A stretch of DNA of 45,749 nt from an uncultured Bacteroidota bacterium (GCA_903870175.1 CAIQBY010000260.1:1-45749), one strand, 5' to 3'. Numbered from the stretch's first letter, positions 1 to 11,267 are shown. Program-made: numbers and translations. Notes: generated by a model not told the origin, from the letters alone.

Positions 1-1
1 C

Positions 2-421
2 GGTTTTATCGGAATTAAAGCCCAAAGTGATACTATTAATAAGAAAGGGAATAATAAATTTATTATTTCAATTGCCGGTGGGAGGGCTAAGCCAGTTGGA
101 GTTTTTTCCAAATTTGAAACAATGAATACAACTGCTGATAAACTTAGGGAAATTAAAAAAGGAACTCCTGCAGGCGGTGTAGAAACAGTGATTCCGATAG
201 ATTACAGTGCCGGAAAACGTACTCATATACATAACAAAGGTGCGACCACACTCGTTATCGGCATGATGCTGAAAGGCGATAAAGTAGGCGTATCCATTAC
301 GCTTGCACCTAATGAAGAGGCAAAACAACCATTTGATTTCTATTTTTTCAATGGAGATGCTTTATATGTTACCAACGAAGGAACAACAATTGGTATTTAT
401 CAGATTGATATTATTTCGTAA
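2..421 (+). CDS. Hypothetical protein, 5' truncated by the window edge; possibly chimeric
   Basis: Frame is open from base 2 (GFIGIKAQSDTINKKGNNKFIISIAGGRAKPVGVFSKFET) into the 122..421 ORF. The C-terminal beta-rich module resembles the end of the 40502..41440 protein. Confidence 0.6.
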   Translation, partial: GFIGIKAQSDTINKKGNNKFIISIAGGRAKPVGVFSKFETMNTTADKLREIKKGTPAGGVETVIPIDYSAGKRTHIHNKGATTLVIGMMLKGDKVGVSITLAPNEEAKQPFDFYFFNGDALYVTNEGTTIGIYQIDIIS

Positions 422-457
422 ATCAATAAACGCTAAACATTAATCAATAAAAAATAG

Positions 458-1417
458 TTATTCAAATCCAAGATGCATCAGCGCATCTCCCTGATTAATT
501 ACTGGGTGAGTATTAATGGCAATAATAAATCCATTTTGCGGAGCAACAATTTTCTCTTTATGTTCGCCAAACGGGTCGGTAATTTCACCAATCACTTCTC
601 CTTTGGTAATAGGCACACCATTGGTTTTGGTACAATGAAACATCCCTGAAGAACGTGCCCTAATCCAGGTAGATTTATTTATAAATGCAGTAGTGTTTTC
701 GCGCACTTCAACATCTACCATTTTTAGATATTTCATTAATCTCAAGGTGCCATTCACAGCTTCATTTATATACTGATAATGAAAACGGGACGATTCACCA
801 CCTTCAAAAACCAATATCGGTTTTTTGCTTTTGAAAGCTTCTTTTCTATATGAGCCTTCTCTGAAAGAAGAATTAATAATATATGTCGGCTGAAATTTTT
901 TGGCAAGATTCAAAGAATTGGCATCATCAAACGTACAGCGCAGTTGCGGATAATTATTTATTTGTTTTCCGCCTGTATGAAAATCCAATCCTAAATCAAT
1001 TTGAGGAATAATTTCATGTGTCATATCATAAGCTATTCTGCTGCCAAGCGAGCCATTTTTACTGCCTGGGAAACAACGATTCAAATCTTTTCCGTCCGGC
1101 AAATCTCTTGTTCCATATAAAAAAGCAAAAGTATTAATTACCGGAATAGCAATGATACTGCCGCATAATGGCTTACGAACTTCATCCTTTGTAATTAATC
1201 GCCGAACAATTTCAATCCCGTTTGTTTCGTCACCATGCATTCCCGCCTGTAATAATAATGTAGGTCCGGGCTTTTTCGAGCGAAAGACATATACAGGAAT
1301 TTCTATTACAGTTTTAGTTGGCAACTGATACCAGTTCAAACTCATTTGTGCTGAAGTACCAGGTTTTACATCAACTTCGTTGATAGTAATATTTTTATTC
1401 TTTGCAGTCATCTTCAA
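458..1417 (-). CDS. Succinylglutamate desuccinylase/aspartoacylase family (M14-like) protein
   Basis: GMHGDETNG, DLNRCFPG and DFHTGG motifs; C-terminal biotinyl/lipoyl-like segment; directly downstream of rimK. Confidence 0.9.
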   Translation of the reverse strand: MKMTAKNKNITINEVDVKPGTSAQMSLNWYQLPTKTVIEIPVYVFRSKKPGPTLLLQAGMHGDETNGIEIVRRLITKDEVRKPLCGSIIAIPVINTFAFLYGTRDLPDGKDLNRCFPGSKNGSLGSRIAYDMTHEIIPQIDLGLDFHTGGKQINNYPQLRCTFDDANSLNLAKKFQPTYIINSSFREGSYRKEAFKSKKPILVFEGGESSRFHYQYINEAVNGTLRLMKYLKMVDVEVRENTTAFINKSTWIRARSSGMFHCTKTNGVPITKGEVIGEITDPFGEHKEKIVAPQNGFIIAINTHPVINQGDALMHLGFE

Positions 1418-1420
1418 GTA

Positions 1421-2308
1421 TTATGGTTCATGATTAAATTCATTTCTTTCAACATACTCTATAATTTTTCCGGCAATATCAACTCCTGTTGCGCCTTCAA
1501 TGCCTTCAAGTCCTGGAGAAGAATTTACTTCCATCACTAAGGGTCCTCTTGCAGATTGTAGCATATCCACACCAGCAATAGCAAGCCCCAGTTTTTTTGC
1601 CGATTTAATTGCTGTTTCCCTTTCTTCCTTAGTCAATTCAAGCACTGTAGCATTACCGCCACGATGCAGATTACTACGGAATTCACCAGGTAATCCCTGG
1701 CGTTTCATCGCACCCACAATTTTTCCATCTACTACAAACGCACGAATATCAGCACCTCCAGCTTCCTTTATAAATTCCTGAACGAGAATATTTGCTTTCA
1801 ATGCAAGGAAGGATTCTATCACTGATTTCGCAGATTTATGTGTCTCTGCCAATATGACACCTATGCCTTGTGTACCTTCCAAAAGCTTTATTACTACAGG
1901 TGCTCCGCCTACCTGTTCAAGTACACTGTCAATATTTTTAGGTGCTGAAGCAAATGCAGTCTTAGGCATTCCAATGCCAGCTTTTGCCAGCAATTGCAGG
2001 CTTCTTAGCTTATCACGCGAACGAACTAATGCCTGGGACTCAACAGAAGAAAACACTTTCATCTGTTCAAACTGACGAACAACGGCAGCTCCATAAAATG
2101 TTACAGACGTTCCAATGCGAGGGATTATTGCATCAATATCTTTTACTTCTTTGCCGCCAAAAAATATATGTGGATTACTTTTTTCAATTACCAATACACA
2201 TTTTAAATGATCAAGAACAAGCACTTCATGTCCTCTTTGTTCAGCTGCTTCCACCAATCTGCGGGTAGAATAAAGCTTTGGTCCTCGTGATAAAATTGCT
2301 ATTCTCAT
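1421..2308 (-). CDS. rimK: 30S ribosomal protein S6--L-glutamate ligase RimK (ATP-grasp)
   Basis: [15 protein letters not shown] start, [30 protein letters not shown]. Confidence 0.96.
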   Translation of the reverse strand: MRIAILSRGPKLYSTRRLVEAAEQRGHEVLVLDHLKCVLVIEKSNPHIFFGGKEVKDIDAIIPRIGTSVTFYGAAVVRQFEQMKVFSSVESQALVRSRDKLRSLQLLAKAGIGMPKTAFASAPKNIDSVLEQVGGAPVVIKLLEGTQGIGVILAETHKSAKSVIESFLALKANILVQEFIKEAGGADIRAFVVDGKIVGAMKRQGLPGEFRSNLHRGGNATVLELTKEERETAIKSAKKLGLAIAGVDMLQSARGPLVMEVNSSPGLEGIEGATGVDIAGKIIEYVERNEFNHEP

Positions 2309-2335
2309 GTTGTTTATTTATTTTAAAATATGATA

Positions 2336-2836
2336 TTATGATTTGGTTTTTGGGTTTTTCTTTGCGGAATTATGAGGTGTAATACAATTCAATTGTGAAA
2401 CATCAACAATAAATTTATTCTTTAAAAATCGTCGTCCAATCAACACAGGATAACGCATAGTGCCTCTGTCAGTAAGCGATATCAATGCTTTTATTCTCCT
2501 GTGTCCAATTCTAATGGTTGTTTTTATAATGTATCTATTCTCTACTTCACCAAAAGAATTTTTAATTTCCTTTTGGTAATACCCTGATGATTGTTGTTCT
2601 TTCTCATTATATTCTGGATGAGAAGGGTCTAAAAGTTTAAAATACAATACTCCGTTTTCTTCTCTGATGTCATGACAATGAAGCACAGAAGTCAATGCAC
2701 CAGTGTCAATTTTTGCTTCTATTGAAAACAAGTCCAAATCAGGAAAATCAATTATTTCCCTGCGACCAATTGTCATTTTTGTTCCCGATTCATTCATTCC
2801 ATTAAATTCAATCGCAAGATATAAACTTTTAATCAA
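2336..2836 (-). CDS. RimK-associated retropepsin-like protease (RimB/DUF785-like); true start probably further downstream
   Basis: IGRRE, AKIDTGA, SLTDRGTMRYPVLIGRRFL motifs; upstream of rimK. Confidence 0.88.
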   Translation of the reverse strand: MIKSLYLAIEFNGMNESGTKMTIGRREIIDFPDLDLFSIEAKIDTGALTSVLHCHDIREENGVLYFKLLDPSHPEYNEKEQQSSGYYQKEIKNSFGEVENRYIIKTTIRIGHRRIKALISLTDRGTMRYPVLIGRRFLKNKFIVDVSQLNCITPHNSAKKNPKTKS

Positions 2837-2871
2837 TGATTTTATGTATTTTTATACAATAACTTAAAAAA

Positions 2872-3930
2872 GTGGACAAATACTGTAATTATATAATCGT
2901 TGGGCAGGGCATCGCAGGAACCGTACTTGGGCAAACTCTATTAGATCAAAATAAATCGGTTTTAATAATTGATGATTTGTCTTTATCTAACGCATCAAGA
3001 ATTGCGGCAGGATTATACAATCCAATTGTATTTAAAAGATTGGTAAAAAGCTGGATGATTGATGATTTACTTCCGGTGATGAATAAGTTTTACACTGATG
3101 CTGAACAATTATTAAACTATAAATTTTATTTTGAAAGAAAAATTGTTAAACCTTTTGCCGAAGCACATGAAAGAGCATTGTGGCAGAAAAAAGTAAATGA
3201 AGAAGTTGGTAAATATTTAAGTAATGATATTCATTATGACTTTCTTAAAGATATTATTTATAATCCGCTTGGTGTATCCGAAGTTTTAAGCGGAGGTAAT
3301 TTGAAAATTGAAATCTTCTTAGATTTATTCAGAGAGTATTTTAAAAGGGAAAATATACTTCTTGAGGAAAAAATTAATTACAATGAACTTATGGTAAATG
3401 AAAATAATGTTGTTTATAAAAACATTTCCGCTGATAAAGTAATTTTCTGTGAGGGATTTAAAACCATTGATAATCCTTACTTCTCTTGGCTTCCATTTAA
3501 ACTTACAAAAGGAGAAGTTATAACGATTAAAATTCCAAATGCAATCATACCTGACCAATTTGTAATAAATAAAGGAGTATTTATTCTTCCTTTAGGAAAT
3601 GGAATGTATAAAGCAGGGGCTACTTACGAGTGGAATGATTTATCGGAACATCCAACCGAAAAAGGCAAGGAGGAATTGATGGATAAGCTAAATAAGGTAA
3701 TCAAATTACCTTTTGAAATAATAGATCATCAGGCGGGAATAAGGCCTACGGTAATTGATAGACGACCTTTACTAGGAATACATCCAAAGCATAAATCTTT
3801 GGCTGTATTTAATGGTTTGGGAACAAAAGGTGTAATGCTTGCTCCTTATTTTGCAAAGCATTTTGCAGATTATTTAGACAAAAAAAATGTATTGAATAAA
3901 GAAGTGGATATAAATAGATTTATAAAGTAA
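2872..3930 (+). CDS. FAD-dependent oxidoreductase (DAO/glycine oxidase-like)
   Basis: IIVGQGIAG Rossmann motif, ASRIAAGL, AGIRP, NGLGTKGV. Confidence 0.9.
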   Translation: MDKYCNYIIVGQGIAGTVLGQTLLDQNKSVLIIDDLSLSNASRIAAGLYNPIVFKRLVKSWMIDDLLPVMNKFYTDAEQLLNYKFYFERKIVKPFAEAHERALWQKKVNEEVGKYLSNDIHYDFLKDIIYNPLGVSEVLSGGNLKIEIFLDLFREYFKRENILLEEKINYNELMVNENNVVYKNISADKVIFCEGFKTIDNPYFSWLPFKLTKGEVITIKIPNAIIPDQFVINKGVFILPLGNGMYKAGATYEWNDLSEHPTEKGKEELMDKLNKVIKLPFEIIDHQAGIRPTVIDRRPLLGIHPKHKSLAVFNGLGTKGVMLAPYFAKHFADYLDKKNVLNKEVDINRFIK

Positions 3931-3933
3931 CTG

Positions 3934-4503
3934 TTATTTACTCAGTTCAATATCCACAGAAAAATTGTGATTGTTTTTGCCTTTCATGTTTTTATAAAAA
4001 TCCATTATCTCTTTCATATCATTTTTATAATCACCTGTTGGATAAATAATTTTATCAATACCGCATGATTTGGTTTCATAATTAATGAATGCCAACGCTA
4101 TTGGTACCTTCGCTTTCAGCGCAACATAATAAAAACCGGTTTTCCACTTTTCAACTCTCGAACGAGTTCCTTCAGGTGTTATAACAAGGCGCAGTACATC
4201 TCTTGTTGAAAATAAATCCACCATTGCATCTACAGTGCTGACTTTTTCTCCATCCTTTTTATTTTTATTTCTGTCAATTGGTAATGCACCGAGTGAAAGA
4301 AATAATCGCTTGAAAGGAAAACGAACCCATTCCTTTTTAATGACAAAGTTTTGATTCAGTTTCATAATTTTAACTGTTCCCATCCCAAAAGGGAAATCCC
4401 AGTTGCTTGTATGCGGCGCAACAATGATAACACATTTCTTAATGTCGTCAGACATAAAATGCGTAACCTTCCATCCACACAATTTATAAAACAGTTTAAA
4501 CAT
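3934..4503 (-). CDS. 1-acyl-sn-glycerol-3-phosphate acyltransferase family protein
   Basis: PHTSNWD (HxxxxD), TPEGTR, WKTGF. Confidence 0.92.
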   Translation of the reverse strand: MFKLFYKLCGWKVTHFMSDDIKKCVIIVAPHTSNWDFPFGMGTVKIMKLNQNFVIKKEWVRFPFKRLFLSLGALPIDRNKNKKDGEKVSTVDAMVDLFSTRDVLRLVITPEGTRSRVEKWKTGFYYVALKAKVPIALAFINYETKSCGIDKIIYPTGDYKNDMKEIMDFYKNMKGKNNHNFSVDIELSK

Positions 4504-4661
4504 AGGTTAAAATAAACGCGAAAGTATTGTTTTTAGAATTAGAAACAAACGAAATGTTAAATGAAGAAAAGAAACAAAACATTCTATTTAAATGTTTCTT
4601 AAAGGAAATTCCTAGCAAGAATCGCTATTTCAGACAAGTTAAATGAGAAAAAAATTTGAAA

Positions 4662-5081
4662 TTAATTGACAATAGTAACGTTAAAATCTAATATTACAGT
4701 GCTTCCATTATCTTCAAATGAAACCTTGTCGGCAAGATTACGCATGAGAAATACTCCTCTTCCATTAGGTTTGTCAATATTGTCTGGGTTAGTCGGGTCA
4801 GGCAAGTTTCCGAAATTGAAACCAGTTCCTTCATCTTTTACAATAAATGAAACGTGATCCTTAAAAGATTTGAAGAAAATATCAATGCTTTTAGTCGGAT
4901 TCGCAGCATTCCCATGATATATGGCATTGTTGACTGCTTCTGTAATTGCTATCAAAATATTGCCATAATAATCTTCACCAATATTGTATAAATCACAAAC
5001 ATCTTCAACCATGCGTTCAACAAGAATAATGTTCTCCGCTCTGGAAGGAATTCTTAACTTCTGATTTTCTGAGAGTACCAT
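4662..5081 (-). CDS. RsbW-like ATP-binding protein / anti-sigma factor (HATPase_c)
   Basis: EAVNNAIYHGN (N box), DEGTGF, GRGVFLM. Confidence 0.9.
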   Translation of the reverse strand: MVLSENQKLRIPSRAENIILVERMVEDVCDLYNIGEDYYGNILIAITEAVNNAIYHGNAANPTKSIDIFFKSFKDHVSFIVKDEGTGFNFGNLPDPTNPDNIDKPNGRGVFLMRNLADKVSFEDNGSTVILDFNVTIVN

Positions 5082-5087
5082 AAATAC

Positions 5088-8000
5088 CTAATTTTCTATG
5101 TTATTAAAATACAAATTAACTTTTTCTTTATAAAAAGGGTTCAATGATGCAGGAACAGTTTTTAAAAGTTCAGTTTCTTTTTGTTTCAACCTATTATACT
5201 CCAAAAATTGATTTTGGTTGCGTTTATTTTCACTTTTTGCTTCATTCGACTGTCTTTTTTCGTCCAATTCACGTTCTTTGTCGGCTTTCTCGCTTTCCAA
5301 TAGACGAGTTAATATTTCTTCCTGACGTCTTATTGTCTCCTGGCTTATTACTTTGTTCACTAAATCGGTCTCAGTTTCTTCCATTTTATCTGCAAGTTTG
5401 CTCATTCCTCCTGCTCCTTTGCCGTCTTTATTGATTTGATCCCCCATTTTTTGTATCTCCTGACGGATAGCAGCTTGTTGTGCTGCCAGTTTTGCTAATT
5501 CCTGACTCATGCCATTTCCTGGCGCCATACCAGGTTTATCACCAGGTTTATTCCCATTCTTTTGCATTCCTTCTTTAAGCTTTTTAATCTGTTCATTTAA
5601 TTGTTGCTGCATTTTACGTAAGCTGGATGCCGAAGGTTTGCTTCCTTTCCCACCGGGTTTTTTACAACTTCCGCTTCCTGGAGGACCATTTTTCTGCTTT
5701 GCCTCTTCCTGCATTTGGTTCAATGATTCATTCAGCATTAATGCAAGATTATTAACAGATGTCATCGCAAATTGCTGACGACTCCGGCCTTCTTCCTTAT
5801 GATTTCTTCCATCCATTGATGGAGCAGCTGCTAATTCTATTTTATTTACGGCTTTCTCCATATTCATATTAATAGCTGAAATTTCCTTATTGACTGTTTC
5901 TTTAATCTTTGGATTTCTCTTACTCAATGCCAGCAAACTATCTTCAATCATTTTCGAATCATCCTGCAATTTTTTCTGTTGTTTATCAATCTTTGCTATC
6001 TGAGGGTCGCAAGGTTTTGTCTTCTCAAAATCTCCCATCAATGATTCCTGACTAAAAGAAACACGAATTAGATTTTCTAAAATTTGACGAAGTTTATCTG
6101 CATCTTCACCAGCCTGTTCCTGCTCTTCTTTTTCCTTTGCTTTAGCCATTTCTGCCGCCATTTTTTCCATTTTATCAGCAGCACTTTTTTGTGATTTTGA
6201 TGCCCCTTTCTTTTGTCCACTTTTCAATTGTTCGCTCCCACTTTCCATATCTTTCTTAATATCTTCCTGCTTTTGTTCACTATTTTCAAGTTTTTTAGGC
6301 TGTTCAAGTTCGCTATTTTTTTTCTCCAAATCTTTCATGTCTTTCTTCAAATCGTCAAACTGCTTATTCAACTCATCCTGTTTTTCTTTTTGTTCTTTGG
6401 CATCCGATTTTTTATCTTCTGTTTTCTTCGCTTCTTCATTTTCCTTCTTCGCCAATTCATTTAATTTATCAATGTTTTGCTGAAGCTTTTGTTCCACTTC
6501 CATTTGCTTGAATATCTCCAAATTTCTGTCAAGTTCCTTCATAATATCTTTATTATCCAGCTTTATTTTATCCAACGCATCCTGCACTTTATCCTTATCT
6601 AATTTTTCGAGCAACTTTTGCAATTCATCATATTTCTCTTTCAGTTCAGGAGTCATTACCTTATCAAATAATTCTTCCAGCTGCTTTTGTTTTTCAAGAA
6701 TATTTTCATCCTGTTGCTTGTATTCATTCTGTTTCTGGTTGTTTTCCTGATTTTCATTTTTAATATTCTCCACTTTTTTCTGCAACTCTTTTTGTTTGTC
6801 GAGCAAATCCTGAAGCTTCTTTTTCTCTTCCCAATTAAGTTCTTTTTTCTCTGCCACTTTACGCTGCAAATCCGTCAATTCCTTTTGTACATCCTTTGCC
6901 TGCTTGATACTTTCAATCAAATCATCCTTTATTTTAGCATTGTTTTTGTCGGTATTTTCGGCAAGTTCTTTTAATGAAGGTGCTTTAAAAATCATCTTTT
7001 GAGACCGTGTAGCTTTGCTTCCAGTTACTCCGTCATTATCCCATATCTCGAAATAATATTCTATCTGATCGCCTGCATTCACACCTAATTCAGCCATATC
7101 CCAATAATGATAAAACTGGTCTTGAATGGCTGCTTTATTAATTGTAATCGGAGTAATATGCATTTCCGCCTTTTTATTTTTTTCGCTTGCTGTGGCCGCT
7201 GTATCATTATTAGTGATATATCTATAATTAAAAGTAAGCCGGTTAAAACCATAGTCATCTTTTACTTCCCCTCTAAAAGAAATCCGCTTGGTAGAATTAG
7301 AATCTTTCTTTTCCTCCACAACTATTTGCGGATAGGCATCCGGAATTACATTGATATTATAAGTAACAGAATCCTTGCTTTTCAAATACTGATTTGCAGT
7401 AGTTATCGAATACGTTTTGTCTCTGAAATAACGACTGGAATAGTTGAACGCATTTTCCGAACTTGGTGAAATGGCAAAAGAAGTATCATTAAAATTCAAA
7501 CGAATATTTTTTGTGTTTTGTGTATTGAAATTCCAGCTCACCTTGGTTCCTGCGGGTATCACCAGGTCGCCTGTATTTTTTATTGTTTCATTTCTTTTGT
7601 TGAGATATGCAGGATAATCCAGCGCAATATCAAAGTTCAACAGGATAGGATTGGGCAATGCGACCAGCTCAAATTCCTTTGATTTAAAGCCATCCGCAAG
7701 CAACTGGAAATTTATATTCTTCTGTACATTCTTGAATACATAATTAAAATTGATACTATTTTCCTTGTCCAATTTAAATTCATTTCCTTCAATCTCAACA
7801 TATACATTATCCGGAACCTCATTGCCTGTAAGCTTTACCTTGAGTTCGAAATCCTGCTGTGCCACTGTTTTTAATTCAGGATTGGTAATCACAAATTGAA
7901 ATGGTGCTTGTTTCTCGAAGTATTCGCTGTGTTTCACCAATCGTTTTGTTCCGTCAGTAATTATACTTGGCGCTGCAAATAATAGTATTGTAATCAGCAA

Positions 8001-8507
8001 AACAGGCACCAGCGCATACTTCAGATACTTTTTATTTTCCTTGAAATCAACGGCAGAAGTGAAAGGAATAGGTTTTAATTCTTTTGTTTTCTGATTGATG
8101 CTTGCCTCAATTAAGTTGAGAGTTGACAGTTGATAGTTGATAGTTGATTGCTGTTCCTGCAATTGAAGCACATTTAATAATTTATCCTGAACATTGCTGA
8201 AGTGCTTGCCTATTATGTTTGCGGCATCGGTATAAGAAATAATCCGACCCATTTTATAAAGATGTGAAACAGGAATTGCAATGTATTTTACAAATACAAA
8301 ACCAGTAGCGGCGACAAAGGAATAGAACAGCACAGTGCGCACGGCAATATTAAAATGAGCAAAATATTCGAGTGCTGTCACCGTCACGAAAAACAATAAT
8401 ATCAAGCCTACACTGTAAATCAAGCCGCGAAGCAGTTGATTTTTATAATACTTCCGGATAAACTCATCCAGCTTTTCCTTTAATGTCTGATAATTCGAAT
8501 TCGTCAT
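5088..8507 (-). CDS. DUF4175-family membrane-anchored coiled-coil protein
   Basis: KLDEFIRKYYKNQLLRG start, N-terminal TM helices, DDYG and YFEIWDND motifs, long K/E/Q-rich coiled coil, ILTRLL. Confidence 0.85.
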   Translation of the reverse strand: MTNSNYQTLKEKLDEFIRKYYKNQLLRGLIYSVGLILLFFVTVTALEYFAHFNIAVRTVLFYSFVAATGFVFVKYIAIPVSHLYKMGRIISYTDAANIIGKHFSNVQDKLLNVLQLQEQQSTINYQLSTLNLIEASINQKTKELKPIPFTSAVDFKENKKYLKYALVPVLLITILLFAAPSIITDGTKRLVKHSEYFEKQAPFQFVITNPELKTVAQQDFELKVKLTGNEVPDNVYVEIEGNEFKLDKENSINFNYVFKNVQKNINFQLLADGFKSKEFELVALPNPILLNFDIALDYPAYLNKRNETIKNTGDLVIPAGTKVSWNFNTQNTKNIRLNFNDTSFAISPSSENAFNYSSRYFRDKTYSITTANQYLKSKDSVTYNINVIPDAYPQIVVEEKKDSNSTKRISFRGEVKDDYGFNRLTFNYRYITNNDTAATASEKNKKAEMHITPITINKAAIQDQFYHYWDMAELGVNAGDQIEYYFEIWDNDGVTGSKATRSQKMIFKAPSLKELAENTDKNNAKIKDDLIESIKQAKDVQKELTDLQRKVAEKKELNWEEKKKLQDLLDKQKELQKKVENIKNENQENNQKQNEYKQQDENILEKQKQLEELFDKVMTPELKEKYDELQKLLEKLDKDKVQDALDKIKLDNKDIMKELDRNLEIFKQMEVEQKLQQNIDKLNELAKKENEEAKKTEDKKSDAKEQKEKQDELNKQFDDLKKDMKDLEKKNSELEQPKKLENSEQKQEDIKKDMESGSEQLKSGQKKGASKSQKSAADKMEKMAAEMAKAKEKEEQEQAGEDADKLRQILENLIRVSFSQESLMGDFEKTKPCDPQIAKIDKQQKKLQDDSKMIEDSLLALSKRNPKIKETVNKEISAINMNMEKAVNKIELAAAPSMDGRNHKEEGRSRQQFAMTSVNNLALMLNESLNQMQEEAKQKNGPPGSGSCKKPGGKGSKPSASSLRKMQQQLNEQIKKLKEGMQKNGNKPGDKPGMAPGNGMSQELAKLAAQQAAIRQEIQKMGDQINKDGKGAGGMSKLADKMEETETDLVNKVISQETIRRQEEILTRLLESEKADKERELDEKRQSNEAKSENKRNQNQFLEYNRLKQKETELLKTVPASLNPFYKEKVNLYFNNIEN
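8114..8148. repeat. 5 x 7-bp AGTTGAN tandem repeat inside the DUF4175 CDS
   Basis: agttgag agttgac agttgat agttgat agttgat; translated as ..QSTINYQLSTLN.. Confidence 0.9.
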
Positions 8508-8550
8508 TTATTTATATCCTCTCAAAAACCATTCCTTTGTTACTGAACAT

Positions 8551-8558
8551 CAAAGGTA
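8551..8558 (-). promoter_or_regulatory. Bacteroidota -7 promoter element (TACCTTTG) for the DUF4175 operon
   Basis: Matches TAnnTTTG about 45 bp upstream of the start codon. Confidence 0.65.
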
Positions 8559-8599
8559 CATATTCTTATTCGCTTTTTAAAAAATACCTTTTTTTAGGT

Positions 8600-8670
8600 A
8601 TTGTTTTGTGTCCTTAACACCAATACTTTTGTGTCGTTATTTATAATTAATCTAAGTTTAATCTAAGTAT
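8600..8670 (+). promoter_or_regulatory. -7 promoter (TACTTTTG, 8624-8631) followed by a possible iron/metal-regulator box
   Basis: TAnnTTTG match; downstream ttatttataattaatctaagt with duplicated taatctaagt precedes a FecA-like receptor gene. The regulator link is inference. Confidence 0.5.
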
Positions 8671-8705
8671 GTAAATATGTATAATTAAATAAAATATACA
8701 GTTTA

Positions 8706-11115
8706 ATGAAAACAATTATTAAAATATTCCTGATTTGTCTTATAACATTTATGACAAATAAGACTATTGCACAAACCGGCTCTTTACATGGTATCATTTC
8801 GGATACAACCAACTCTCCAATTCCATTTGTCAATATAATCTTCTCTGGCAGTTACAACTAATGATAAAGGGGAGTTTCAATTGAAAAATATCCCCATTGG
8901 AAATCAAACTTTAATAATCCATTCTATTGGTTTCAAAACATTGACTTATGAAACTGATATTAAAGAAAACCAATCAATAGAAATTAATATTCCTCTGCAT
9001 GTTGATATAAAAAACTTAAAGGAGATTACTGTAAATGGTATTTCAACTATCAGCGGAATGGGGCATTTGGATGAAGTTCATGACGGTGTTATTTATTCAG
9101 GAATGAAAAATGAAGTAGTTATTTTGGATAGTCTTGATGCAAATACGGCTCAGAATAATCCTCGCCAGTCTGTCGGCAGAATTCCCGGGGCTAATTATTC
9201 CGAAACCGAAGGTGGCGGCTTTCCTTCCAACGGTATTGGTTTCAGAGGGCTTAATCCTGCTCAATCAGTTGAATTGGATACCCGTCAAAATGGATATAAC
9301 ATTGCAGGTGATATTTATGGTTATCCTGAATCCTATTATCTGCCGCCATTAGCAGCTATTGAGCGTATTGAAGTTACTCGCGGCGCATCCTCCCTTCAAT
9401 TCGGTCCCCAGTTTGGCGGAGTAATAAATTATATTGTGAAAAGCGCACCCGAAAATAAACCTTTTGAATTTAATACTGAACAGACAGGCGGCAGTTTTGG
9501 TCTCTTGAATTCATTTAATTCTATTGGCGGAACATATAAAAAATGGAGTTATTATACTTTTATTCAGTATGAAGGCATAACAGGCTGGCGGCCTAATTCA
9601 CAGGTACAACAGGCAATCGGATTTGCGCGAATACAATATAATGTTACAAACAAATTCAAAATCGGGTTTGAATATTCTTTATTAAGAAATAAAATTCACA
9701 TGCCTGGCGGATTGGATGATGCCGAATTTAATCAGGACCCTCAGCAATCATTCCGTTCGCGCAACTGGCTTACTACTCCATGGAATATACTGGCACTTAC
9801 AGCAGATTATAAAATAACAAATAAAGTGATGCTGTCTTTCAAATCAGCATTAAATCTTAGTCAGCGTAATATTGTATGGAGGAATGAAGATGGAGGAGCA
9901 GGTGCCATTGACAGCATAAGTACCGCTACAAACAGTTACTTACCTCGCGAAGTAGAACATGAAGGATTTAAAAGTTCTACTTCCGAACTCCGTTTGATTG
10001 CCAGTTATAATATTGCCGGCATCGAACAAACTCTTGCTGCAGGTGTTCGATTTTTCAGTGGCTTTATGAACCGTGAAGAAGGCGGCATCGGCTCATCAGG
10101 CAGTAATTTTGATTTAGGACTTTATGAAGGAACTTATGCCAACAACCTTGATTTTACTACTCTTAACGTAGCCCCGTTTATTGAAAACACTTTTCATATT
10201 GGGCAACACCTTTCTGTAACGCCCGGTATCAGGTATGAGTATATTAAATCGACAGCTAAAGGATATGTTACTACTGATGATGATTCTATAATAAATGTAA
10301 ACGAAAGCAAAGCCAGATATATTCCCCTTGCAGGTATCGGAATTCAGTTCAAAACGTCTTTAACTACTAATATCTATGGCAATATTTCACAGGCTTATCG
10401 CCCTATCGAATATTCTTTTCAATATCCGTTAGGCTTGGATATTGATGCAAAAATAGACCCGAACCTTAAAGATATAAGTGGCTACAATGCTGATTTGGGA
10501 TGGAGAGGCTCTGTAAAAAACTTTCTTAATTTCGGCTTAGGCGTTTTTTATATGGTAAAAAACAATGAAATAGCCATTGAAAATCTTACCGATGCAAGCG
10601 GTAACGCATATACTTATGAAACCAATGTGGCTAATTCAGTTCATCAGGGTGCCGAAACGTATGTGGAATTAAACATTACAAAGCTATTTACTCATAAATC
10701 ACGATTCGGAACTGTAAGTTTTTTTAATTCGTTTGCTTATGACGATGCAAGATATGTAAGCGGAATTTATAAGGGCAACATAGCTGAATTTGCACCAAAA
10801 ACAATAGAAAGAATAGGACTTACTTATTCTATTAAAAAAATTTCTACTACTTTACTATACAGCAGCACATCCAAATCTTTTTCAGATGCCAACAATACTG
10901 TATATAGCAGTGATGCCGAAATTGGTATTATTCCTGCATATCAGGTGATAGACTGGTCGGCAACTTTAAAGATAAAAAATTATCAGATAAAACTTGGTGT
11001 TAATAATCTTGCGGACGCAAAATACTTTACCATGCGTACTAATGAATATCCCGGTCCGGGAATCATTCCTTCTCTCGGCAGAAGTTTTTATGTAGGATTT
11101 GCAGCTAAGTTTTAA
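8706..11115 (+). pseudogene. FecA-like TonB-dependent receptor, frameshifted near 8841
   Basis: ATG 8706 gives a signal peptide and PIPFVNII, stopping at 8859-8861. The +1 frame from 8842 continues SLAVTTNDKGEFQLKNIP into the 8881..11115 ORF (plug IERIEVTRG, barrel, C-terminal F). Confidence 0.8.
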
Positions 11116-11116
11116 T

Positions 11117-11156
11117 AAAAAAGTCTCGTTCCAGTAATTCCGGAACGGGAATTTTG
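11117..11156. terminator. Probable bidirectional intrinsic terminator
   Basis: A run, stem tctcgttcc/ggaacggga, then T-rich tail. Confidence 0.65.
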
Positions 11157-11267
11157 CTTTAATGATTATTTATTTGGGAGATTAGATAAAGATTATTGTT
11201 TATGATTTTTTACAAAGCAGTTTGCCAATTCAATTATTACTTAATACCTTATTTCACTTTTACCTCG

